Source: a virus | Length of the DNA: 64,000 bases | Direction: 5' to 3' (one strand) | IMG/VR virus record: IMGVR_UViG_3300023276_001265 | Shown here: positions 8,256 to 16,504 of the stretch, in pieces | Layout: every line of letters starts with the position of its first letter | How positions within the stretch are numbered: position 1 is the first letter of the stretch | Notes under the pieces: generated by a model | The model's database searches: none | What the model saw: the letters and a program-made list of their open reading frames with translations, nothing else | What the model was told of the DNA's origin: nothing | Made by a program: the position numbers and the translations under genes

Positions 8256-8565
8256 CATCGTCGTCAATGTACACGACGAGGTGCTTGTTGGACTTCCTGC
8301 GGACACCATGATCGGAGTTAGCATCAGTGGTCACATTCATCACCTCACCAATCAGTTCCGGCTAACCTCATTTGACTTCGTAGCTAGTCCTCCAGTGGCT
8401 GGGGCTTATCCCCGACTCGTCCCTCCCAGAACATCGCTACACACTTCATTAGGTGGAACCTGGTTTGAGGTCTTCCACAGAAGGTCAATTCCACGTTCTA
8501 GCTCTGGGGCTTTTCCAGTCTGTCGCAACCAATGGTCGACCCGGCCTTGCTGGCGTTCACGTTAA
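8254..8565 (+). other. 16th FGE C-terminal cassette, in the +1 frame
   Basis: 3' part of ORF 7834-8565: SLGGTWF...WSTRPCWRSR*, the same terminal signature as the other cassettes. Confidence 0.75.
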
Positions 8566-8596
8566 ATCTGATATCACGATGCGCCACAAAAAAGAC

Positions 8597-8624
8597 TTGC
8601 AATCCCCTCATGTCCCCCTAGACT
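8597..8624 (+). promoter_or_regulatory. sigma70-like promoter of the replication operon
   Basis: TTGCAA-N16-TAGACT, with an upstream A-tract, before 8688. Confidence 0.45.
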
Positions 8625-8687
8625 CACTCACCAGGCGAGACCATTTTAATCGCCTCACCCCACTAAGCATCACCTCCGAGGTTCACC

Positions 8688-8981
8688 ATGACACGCCGTG
8701 AGCAGGGATACCTCCGTGTCCCGAGACAACTTGTGAGCGACAAAAGCATGAAGTCCTCGGACCTCCGTGTATTCGCTGTGCTCATGGACATGTGCACTAC
8801 AGCTGACGAGATAGAAGATGGACTAGATGCCATCACTGAACACACTGGACTGACCAAGCGGACGGTCTGCGAGTGTTTGTCTAGGCTTGAAGGGCGTGGG
8901 TTCATTACGCGAGAGAGTCGTCGCGGACCTTACACTGGGCTCATCACCATTAGCGATGCGGCGGCAGACCTCAGTGCATAA
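8688..8981 (+). CDS. winged helix-turn-helix protein
   Basis: AITEHTGLTKRTVCECLSRLEGRGFITR; GAGG RBS. Confidence 0.8.
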   Translation: MTRREQGYLRVPRQLVSDKSMKSSDLRVFAVLMDMCTTADEIEDGLDAITEHTGLTKRTVCECLSRLEGRGFITRESRRGPYTGLITISDAAADLSA

Positions 8982-8991
8982 GCGTAAAAGC

Positions 8992-9312
8992 ATGCCTCAG
9001 GTAGTAGACCAGGTCGTTAAGGACGCAGACCTCAACGCATCTACGAAGATCATCTACCTCTACATCGCAGCCGCGTATCGTCTCAACTACTACACAAATC
9101 CCCACAACTGCGGCTCCTACGAAATCCTCGCAGAGGCTACCAACTTCAGCGTGGCTACCGTAAGGCGTGCCCTAAAGCAGCTAGTTGAAGTGGGACTACT
9201 CTCTATCGACTCAAGCTCCGACAAATTCGAGACGTGGCTCCCAGTGAAGATCCTTCACCTTGACGGTGGGCTGAACCTGCTACGGCAAATCGCCAACGCA
9301 GGTGGTGCGTGA
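8992..9312 (+). CDS. winged helix-turn-helix protein
   Basis: SYEILAEATNFSVATVRRALKQLVEVGLL; start uncertain (frame open from 8887). Confidence 0.75.
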   Translation: MPQVVDQVVKDADLNASTKIIYLYIAAAYRLNYYTNPHNCGSYEILAEATNFSVATVRRALKQLVEVGLLSIDSSSDKFETWLPVKILHLDGGLNLLRQIANAGGA

Positions 9313-10844
9313 GAAAGACCACGCGTCCGTTCACGATCATCTTAGATGACCTAATCCGCAGCCCTGACATCACCTCCACTGAGTTCCGACTCTACACACT
9401 GCTCCTCTCCTACTGTGCGAAGGCCGCTAACAAGGACAAGACGTGCCGCATTCCGAAGGTCGTCCTCGCAGGGGAGATCGGCATGTCGGTGACAGGGCTG
9501 ACCAAGGCGCTCCGCAAATTGGAGACGTTAAAGCTGGTCACGGTCAGCTACGACACGCCCCAGAAGCCAGCGTATACGATCAACACATCACCCCCAGAGA
9601 CGATCTGTCCCGACGAATTCAAGGGTCGGTTTTGGACGAAAGCCCTCGACTACATCAAAGCTAAAGGTGGGCTGAAGCTATTCCAGCGAAAGACCAACAA
9701 GCGCCCCACCAAGGAAGCGCGTCGGACTGGGTGGCCGAAGGGTCGGATTCCGGGACCACCTCCTACCTCCGATGTTCTCACCGATGAAGTGGGGGCACAA
9801 GTCCATCAACAGCAGAGTCTAACAGACTCAACCCATACACTGGAGTGTATGAGCTCGGACGCTGAAGGTGAGCCCAACCCACCAACTCCAGTTGGGGGTA
9901 CCCCCCACTCCAGTGGGGGACCCCCCTCACTCCAGTGTATGGGTTCAGGTCAAACCCCCCAACTGGAGTGTATCCCGTATAAGAGTAAGAAAGAGATTAC
10001 TGAAAGAATACCTTACGGTATGCCGCTTCACGGCGAGAGTCGTGCTCTCGCACGCCCGGAGGGCGCAACTCTCTGCGCTCGTTCTGCCCAAGAAGAAGAA
10101 CCAGAAAACTCCGCCATCGGAGCTGTACGCCGTTTTGATATCAGTATTTCTGAGGAGGCTCTAGTGCCTGAATCTGAGGAACAGCGTTTAGAGCGCAAAA
10201 GACGACAAAAAGAGCGGAAAACAGGTCAGCTCGACTTCAACATGGGACCTAAAGCCAAGCGCGACGGTGGTTCTGAGGTTGCGCCCAAGGGGAGAAAGAA
10301 GCACCAGCGTGGAGCTGGGCCACCTCCCACAGGGCCTAGGAGCAACCCTGATCACCGATCTACCCAGGAACACGCCGACGACATGACCAAGGGCCCTCAG
10401 GACGTCTCAGCCGTCCCTGGGGACGCGTGGGGGCTATACGCCCATTTCAGCAAGGCAGTCCGACAGAAATATCCGAATGCTCGACCTAGTAATGCGAACA
10501 AGAAGATATTAGGTCGATGTAAACAGCTGGGCCGGGATTACGACCCTGTCAGGCTCTACGAGATGATCCAGGTCCTTGTGATGGATTACGAGAATTTTGG
10601 AATCGCCAGGGTGTTCATGAAGTTCAGTGGAACCCCGGTTCCGACCTTCGATCAATTTCAGGCGAATGCTGAACTTCTTTCATCGTTCGTTGGAATTGGC
10701 GTGATCTCTCCTCCAGCTGTTCGTCGTAGCCATTACGCCGACGATTACGCCAAGAGGAAGGGAGGGAGTTCGTCTACCAAGGTAGAAGATTCTGGCGACC
10801 CGATTAAGGCGCTGCGCGACAAATACAACCCAACCAACAAATAG
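9309..10844 (+). CDS. replication initiator protein (N-terminal wHTH)
   Basis: LAGEIGMSVTGLTKALRKLETLKLV; internal iterons; directly upstream of DnaC- and DnaB-like genes. Confidence 0.7.
   Translation: MRKTTRPFTIILDDLIRSPDITSTEFRLYTLLLSYCAKAANKDKTCRIPKVVLAGEIGMSVTGLTKALRKLETLKLVTVSYDTPQKPAYTINTSPPETICPDEFKGRFWTKALDYIKAKGGLKLFQRKTNKRPTKEARRTGWPKGRIPGPPPTSDVLTDEVGAQVHQQQSLTDSTHTLECMSSDAEGEPNPPTPVGGTPHSSGGPPSLQCMGSGQTPQLECIPYKSKKEITERIPYGMPLHGESRALARPEGATLCARSAQEEEPENSAIGAVRRFDISISEEALVPESEEQRLERKRRQKERKTGQLDFNMGPKAKRDGGSEVAPKGRKKHQRGAGPPPTGPRSNPDHRSTQEHADDMTKGPQDVSAVPGDAWGLYAHFSKAVRQKYPNARPSNANKKILGRCKQLGRDYDPVRLYEMIQVLVMDYENFGIARVFMKFSGTPVPTFDQFQANAELLSSFVGIGVISPPAVRRSHYADDYAKRKGGSSSTKVEDSGDPIKALRDKYNPTNK
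9830..9973. repeat. iteron-like repeats, putative replication origin
   Basis: Five ACT(CC/GG)AGT cores; 18-bp perfect inverted repeat at 9830-9847 and 9928-9945; A-rich tract follows. Confidence 0.6.
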
Positions 10845-10850
10845 GTCGAA

Positions 10851-11501
10851 GTGTCGGACGACTGGAACATCAGCTTTTATTGTCCACCCCTATGGGCTGA
10901 GCCAAAGGACAAGCTGACCGAGGGTGCATTCGTTAATGCGATGGTCGGTCGGGAGTATTGGTTCGTTAGTGGATCAAAGATTCCATCACAATGTCGATAC
11001 AGATCAGAGATCGCCAAGATGGTTGCCTCTCTCCCTGAAGACGCTGCAGCAGGCAAGGGCGCAATCTTCTACGGAGGTTATGGTCACGGTAAATCGAGCG
11101 CGTCCGTAATCATGCTCAAGGCAGCCTACGTGCGAGGCGCTCAGATGTTTTTCCGTAAGGCGAACCTCATGAAGGATGCCTTTCTGAAGCAGTGGGCGTT
11201 TCTCTCACCCGAGGGCGTTCCAATCTGGTCAATGATGACGCGCTGCCAGTTTGCGGTTCTAGATGATCTCGGAGCAGAGCTGGTCTTAGCTGGCTACGAG
11301 AAGGGCGACATCCGGATCATGGAGTCTATCGTGCGAGATCGATACGACGCCAAGCTACCGACATACATCACAACCAACCTAGAGATGAAGGATCTGATGA
11401 CAGCCTATCCTTCCCTCAGTTCTATTTTCCTGGACTCCTCCAGGTATTACCTCGTAGAGGTAACGGGAAAGAACTGGCGAAACCCTGACGTGAGAGATTA
11501 G
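10851..11501 (+). CDS. DnaC/IstB-like helicase loader ATPase
   Basis: GGYGHGKS, VLDDLGAE, RY...PTYITTNL. Confidence 0.85.
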   Translation: MSDDWNISFYCPPLWAEPKDKLTEGAFVNAMVGREYWFVSGSKIPSQCRYRSEIAKMVASLPEDAAAGKGAIFYGGYGHGKSSASVIMLKAAYVRGAQMFFRKANLMKDAFLKQWAFLSPEGVPIWSMMTRCQFAVLDDLGAELVLAGYEKGDIRIMESIVRDRYDAKLPTYITTNLEMKDLMTAYPSLSSIFLDSSRYYLVEVTGKNWRNPDVRD

Positions 11502-12886
11502 TGGATACGACCCCAGACAGAGCCCTCATCTTTTCAATTATCCAGGGAGGGGTTCCAGCCTTCCAACACGCTAAGAGCATGGGGATTACGACTACCTCCA
11601 TCATCGACGCAGAGGACAGGATGATCTTCAGCGCGTGCGAGGATGTGTTCTTGCCGAAAGGTCGGATGCCATCGGTCTCTGATATTCGGCAGCACTACAA
11701 CATCGAGCTACCCACGCCCGACGTTACGTTTGACTATGAGCTGTGCGCTAAAGACATCATGACCCGCACTCTCATGACAAGGCTCAACCAGGGTCTAGGC
11801 CCCATCGAGGATCTGATTCCCACTGATCCTTATGCGGCCCGTGATGCTCTTGGGGAATTGGTCAAGTCCACCAACTGGACCCTGGGCAAGGTTGCCAGGA
11901 CAAACTCCCCTAGTGCAATCAACGAGGTCAGGAAGCGCTACCTAGAGGCTAAGGCAAGAGAGGGAGGGCTCCTTGGGTTCTCGTCTCCGTGGCCCTCTAG
12001 AGACAAGGCCAGTCTCGGTCTGCAGGGTGGTGAGGTCACCGTCCTTCTGGCCAAGCGCAAGACCGGAAAGACCTGGATTTTGCTCAAGTGGTTGGAGCAT
12101 ATCTGGACAGCAAAAAAGGAAGACGGCACACCTGAGCTCGGACCTGGTGAGTGCGTCCTGGTCGTATCGATGGAAATGCCGGTTTGGCAAGTGCTCAGGA
12201 GACTCTTCGCGATTCACAAGAAACTGGACTACGAGAAGTTCCGTGCCGGTGACCTAAGTGATGAGGAAGAGGGCCGGTTCCTGAACTGGTGCGACGATAT
12301 GGAGAAGCCTGACCCTCAGCGGTCTGAGGTAATCGTCGTCGCGTCTGACCGGTGCCGCACCGTAGATGACATCGTTGGGTTCGTCGCCCAGTATCGACCC
12401 AAGGCCGTGTTCATCGACTCGTTCTACATTCTTGACGCTCCGGGCCGTCTTCAGATGTGGGAGCGAATGATTCACAACATCAAGGCGATCAAGCTGGACA
12501 TTGCTGCTCAGTTCCTGATCCCGTGCGTCACTACGACCCAACTCAGTGGTCAGGTAAAGCGCGGTGACCTGAATGCTGAGGCTGATGCTGTGGCCTATGC
12601 CAAGGCTGTGGGTGATTACGCCGACTCCATCGACGGCATTTTCGGCAATGACAAGTTCAGGGATAGCAACCGGCGTATCCTGCGCGGCATGGAAGCGCGA
12701 GAGTTCAAGACAGTTGACCTTGAGATCGCGTTCAACCCTGGAACACACGAATACGGCGAGATTCGCGTCTTGGATAAAATCGAAGACGGAGACGGAAAGA
12801 GTCTGGACAGCACCGGGGACGAGGACTCAGACTCTGGTATGGGAGGGGACTCCTTCTACGATGAAGACACGATCCTGATTGAGTAG
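11501..12886 (+). CDS. dnaB: DnaB-like replicative helicase
   Basis: AKRKTGKT, VSMEM, VFIDS, TTQL; acidic tail. Confidence 0.85.
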   Translation: MDTTPDRALIFSIIQGGVPAFQHAKSMGITTTSIIDAEDRMIFSACEDVFLPKGRMPSVSDIRQHYNIELPTPDVTFDYELCAKDIMTRTLMTRLNQGLGPIEDLIPTDPYAARDALGELVKSTNWTLGKVARTNSPSAINEVRKRYLEAKAREGGLLGFSSPWPSRDKASLGLQGGEVTVLLAKRKTGKTWILLKWLEHIWTAKKEDGTPELGPGECVLVVSMEMPVWQVLRRLFAIHKKLDYEKFRAGDLSDEEEGRFLNWCDDMEKPDPQRSEVIVVASDRCRTVDDIVGFVAQYRPKAVFIDSFYILDAPGRLQMWERMIHNIKAIKLDIAAQFLIPCVTTTQLSGQVKRGDLNAEADAVAYAKAVGDYADSIDGIFGNDKFRDSNRRILRGMEAREFKTVDLEIAFNPGTHEYGEIRVLDKIEDGDGKSLDSTGDEDSDSGMGGDSFYDEDTILIE

Positions 12887-12889
12887 CTA

Positions 12890-14002
12890 GTGGACGCAGA
12901 CGGTATTGCGAAGATATGCGAGGCCCTGTTCCTCGACTATGGACTGGCCTACTCAGGTTCACGATCTCGCGGTCCGCACATGTCGATTTCATGTCCACTT
13001 GCGCTTAAGACGCACGGGGATGCCCACGATGGCAACCTGTCCTGCTCGGTGCAGATCGTTGATGACGGGCATAGCTTAGTTCGGTGTTGGAGTGGAAACT
13101 GTAGGTTCAAGGGAACGCTACTCCGACTCGTTAAAAAGGCTGTGGAGTATCGCGGGAACACGCCAGAGCTCTTAGAAGTCCTCAAGGAAGTTCAGGCGAT
13201 AGAGGGGATCACCCTCTCCTCAAAGCATTCCCGGTCTACCAAGGCCATCCAAAAGATCATCAATAGGAAGAAGACCTTCGCCCAGGATAGGGATGTGATC
13301 CCTGAGAGGTTCTTCGACCCGTTCGCCGGTAGCGTGCCGCAATATGCCGTTGATCGAGGAATCACCCTGGCGACTGCTAAGGCGTGGGGCCTGGGATACG
13401 ACAAAGAGAAAGGCTACCTCGTCTTCCCCGTTCGCCGTCGGGATCAAGCGCTCGTTGGACTGGTAGGTCGCGCATGCAGTAGTAAGGCGAAGCGAAAGCA
13501 CCAGAACTACATGGGGCTGGACAAGTCTAAGCACCTCTATGGTGCTCACATGCTGGAGACTGGTAAGTCGATCATTATCGTAGAGGCGTGTGTCGATGCC
13601 ATCATGACGTGGCAAGCACTCACAGGAAGAGCCGGGGTCGTGGCCTCTTTAGGTGAAGGATTTTCTGAGACTCACATCAAATTGATTAGCGCCATGCGTC
13701 CACCAGCCGTTTACATCTTCACTGATGGGGATAGTGCGGGCCGTCTAATGGCTAACAAAATCTTCTATGGGCTACGCGAGACCGCGCCAGTCAAGATCAT
13801 GGAGTGCCCGTGGGGCCCGGTCACTGGATACAAAGAGGTCACAAGAGGTAGGACGGTTATCAACAAAGCGATACGTCCTGGAGTAGATCCAGCCATCCTT
13901 CCGCCCGATTACATCAATCGCCTTTTCGATAATGCACCCCTCATCAGAGGGAAGATCAAGTGGACTAACCCTCCTACGGTCTTCGACCCGTCAGTAACCT
14001 AG
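12890..14002 (+). CDS. DNA primase (Zn-binding and TOPRIM domains)
   Basis: SCP..H..CWSGNC, IVEACVDA, FTDGDSAG. Confidence 0.85.
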   Translation: MDADGIAKICEALFLDYGLAYSGSRSRGPHMSISCPLALKTHGDAHDGNLSCSVQIVDDGHSLVRCWSGNCRFKGTLLRLVKKAVEYRGNTPELLEVLKEVQAIEGITLSSKHSRSTKAIQKIINRKKTFAQDRDVIPERFFDPFAGSVPQYAVDRGITLATAKAWGLGYDKEKGYLVFPVRRRDQALVGLVGRACSSKAKRKHQNYMGLDKSKHLYGAHMLETGKSIIIVEACVDAIMTWQALTGRAGVVASLGEGFSETHIKLISAMRPPAVYIFTDGDSAGRLMANKIFYGLRETAPVKIMECPWGPVTGYKEVTRGRTVINKAIRPGVDPAILPPDYINRLFDNAPLIRGKIKWTNPPTVFDPSVT

Positions 14003-14076
14003 TAGTTACACGCAAGTTATGGCCAAGCCCTCTGCTCGGGTAAAACAAGGGTGGAGATACGGAGTCTCTCCACAAC

Positions 14077-15570
14077 ATGCCTACATCGGACGATCCTGAC
14101 ATCTATAAGCTCAATGGCTATCTTGGAATCCTTGCCAAGAAGCTGAAGACATCTGTCCAGCTTGACATGCAGGAAAAGCTCACGCTCTACACCAAGGCCT
14201 GGGGAAATGCTGCACCGACAGAGGTCGAGGCATTCCACAAGGACAACGGTTACTTCTGGATACCTAGGTTCTTTTTCGAGAACTGTATATCGAAGAGAAT
14301 GGTGGGTAAGCACCCTATCAAGTTCGAGTGGGCCAACGGAGCACCTCAGAACCTTCCGCTCAATGCAGTGCTCGATTCAAAGCGCGGTCAGCCGTTGGCA
14401 GTTGACCGAATGGTGGCTCACCTACAGGAACACTCAGGGGGGATCCTCGTAGCTCCGACTGGGTGTGGAAAGACGATCCTCGGATACGCCATTGGTCAGC
14501 GACTGAATACATCAATCGGTGTGCTGGTGTATGCAGGCCACATGGTCGACAACTGGATAGAGACAGCGAAATGGCTGTTCGATCTAGGTGACGATGACAT
14601 TGGCCTTGTCCAACGAGACAGGTGCGACCTAGGCAAGCCGGTCACCATCATGATGGTCCAGAGCCTACTGACTGAGAAGCAGTATCCACAGGAGCTCTAC
14701 GACCAGTTCGGTGTGATCATTGCCGATGAGGTGAACAGGTTCGGCGCACCACAGTGGAACGAGGTCATGAAGCTCTTCCCTGCGAGATATCGAGTGGGCA
14801 TGTCCGCTGACCCTAAGAGAGACGATGGACTGGACCAGCTCGTCCAGTGGCACTTCGGCAAGATCGCCCACAAGGTTGTCATGTCTCGACCAAAGCCCGA
14901 CGTGATTCAGCTCCTCTACAAGAAGACCTATCACCAAAACAGCTACTCAGACGTTTGGAAGAGGACCCCTTCAGGGGATCCAATGCCGAACGCACTGAAA
15001 TACGACAAGCTGCTGGTCAAAGACGAAGCTCGCAATGAGTTCATCGTTGACGAGATGGTCAAGATGCGGAGCAAGGGCCGCAAGATCCTAGTCTTCGCCA
15101 AGCTCAAGGATCACCTCAAGCTGCTCAAGGCACAGTTTGAGCAGAAGTGGAACGTCCTCGACCGGATGGTGATTGCCCTAGAAGACGAGTCAGAGGAACT
15201 AGAGTTCGATGCAAACGAGACGAAGATCACCCTCCTAGTAGGGGGGCTCGAAAAGAGGAAGAAGGACAAGGGGAAGATGGCCGAGGCTATGGCCGGTGAT
15301 GTCATCTTCTGCACCTATGCGTTCGGTCGTGACGCGATGAACGTGCCGCACATCGATACCCTCATTCTGGCTAGTCCTGCGGGCAAGGTCCTACAGGTCA
15401 TTGGCCGACTACGAGACAAGGGACCTGCGGACCGTCGACCACTCCTCGCAATGGACATCTACGAGGACTGTGGCTACTCCAGACGTAAGGCCCAGAGGAG
15501 AGCAGATACCTACAACCAGCTGGGAATAAAGATCATCCACGCCACCAGAACTCCGAAGCCAATCGAATGA
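14077..15570 (+). CDS. superfamily 2 helicase (UvsW-like)
   Basis: APTGCGKT, IADEV, GMSA, QVIGRLRD. Confidence 0.85.
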   Translation: MPTSDDPDIYKLNGYLGILAKKLKTSVQLDMQEKLTLYTKAWGNAAPTEVEAFHKDNGYFWIPRFFFENCISKRMVGKHPIKFEWANGAPQNLPLNAVLDSKRGQPLAVDRMVAHLQEHSGGILVAPTGCGKTILGYAIGQRLNTSIGVLVYAGHMVDNWIETAKWLFDLGDDDIGLVQRDRCDLGKPVTIMMVQSLLTEKQYPQELYDQFGVIIADEVNRFGAPQWNEVMKLFPARYRVGMSADPKRDDGLDQLVQWHFGKIAHKVVMSRPKPDVIQLLYKKTYHQNSYSDVWKRTPSGDPMPNALKYDKLLVKDEARNEFIVDEMVKMRSKGRKILVFAKLKDHLKLLKAQFEQKWNVLDRMVIALEDESEELEFDANETKITLLVGGLEKRKKDKGKMAEAMAGDVIFCTYAFGRDAMNVPHIDTLILASPAGKVLQVIGRLRDKGPADRRPLLAMDIYEDCGYSRRKAQRRADTYNQLGIKIIHATRTPKPIE

Positions 15571-16091
15571 GCAACGAACACTTCACTAAGCTCGTCAAGA
15601 ACGCGACGTCGCGACGTCGATGGCGTGAAAGACGTGCAAAGGCCGAACGCACGCTCAAGAAACGTCGTAAGCGTTACGCCGATGACCCACTCTATGCAGA
15701 TAGCATCAAAGAGTCTGTAAAGCGACAAAGAGAAGCGAGGGGGCCGAGTGATCGTAAGCGATCATTCAATCGAGATAAGATCATCATACTGAATGGCGTT
15801 AGCGTCACTCTTTATAGCAGCGGGAAGGCCGCACATCTCGTCGGCGTATCGCCCCGCACTTTGGCAAATTGGGAAAAGAAGGGCCTTATTCCCATAAATA
15901 GAGCAAAGGACAGTTTAGGGCGTCGTTGGTATCCAGCTGGGTTTGTCGTGTTCTTAGCAGAGCAAGCTGCAAAAAGACCAAAAGGTCGACTAGATCGATG
16001 GGCAGACTGGGTAAAAGACTCTTGGACGAACCATCAACTAAGTGCTCACCCAATTCCAATCGTGGGTGATTACATCGAGAGCAACAAATGA
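15567..16091 (+). CDS. MerR-type HTH DNA-binding protein
   Basis: YSSGKAAHLVGVSPRTLANWEKKGLIP...GRRWY. Confidence 0.8.
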   Translation: MSNEHFTKLVKNATSRRRWRERRAKAERTLKKRRKRYADDPLYADSIKESVKRQREARGPSDRKRSFNRDKIIILNGVSVTLYSSGKAAHLVGVSPRTLANWEKKGLIPINRAKDSLGRRWYPAGFVVFLAEQAAKRPKGRLDRWADWVKDSWTNHQLSAHPIPIVGDYIESNK

Positions 16092-16477
16092 CCAAGCCTA
16101 CGCCCAAGCCTACGCCCAAGCCTACTCCCAAGACCGACCCTGCCGTCGCTGAGGCCTCTAGGGCTCCTGTAGTGGCCGAAACCAAGATCATTGTTCATAG
16201 GACAGTGAAGTTGGACGGAGTGGATCACGACTCTGCGTCGTCCGAAGAGACGATTGCGATCCATGCGTTTGCGACAACTCCAGCCATGGCCGTAGTGTCC
16301 GTTCCAGTCAAGCTCAGTCGTCAGTTCCAGAGCGTCGGTGTGGAAATAGGCGTCTACCTTCCCTGCTACAAGGAAGAGCTGCCCCAGGCCATCGAAGAGG
16401 CGTATCGTCTGGCCAAGGAGCGGGTTGCACGAGAGATACCCCTCATCAAGACCTCTCTCGAAGAGGTAACCGGGTAA
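16088..16477 (+). CDS. hypothetical protein
   Basis: Overlaps the upstream stop; N-terminal KPTP x3. Confidence 0.7.
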   Translation: MTKPTPKPTPKPTPKTDPAVAEASRAPVVAETKIIVHRTVKLDGVDHDSASSEETIAIHAFATTPAMAVVSVPVKLSRQFQSVGVEIGVYLPCYKEELPQAIEEAYRLAKERVAREIPLIKTSLEEVTG

Positions 16478-16504
16478 TCTGTCGTATACTCACGACAGGT
16501 CCAC

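Noticed and set aside
3657-8565. Diversity-generating retroelement (FGE/CLec target with repeats)
   Set aside because: No reverse transcriptase in the window, and the cassettes differ in length and at all bases rather than only at adenines; no TR/VR pair. An RT elsewhere in the genome cannot be excluded.
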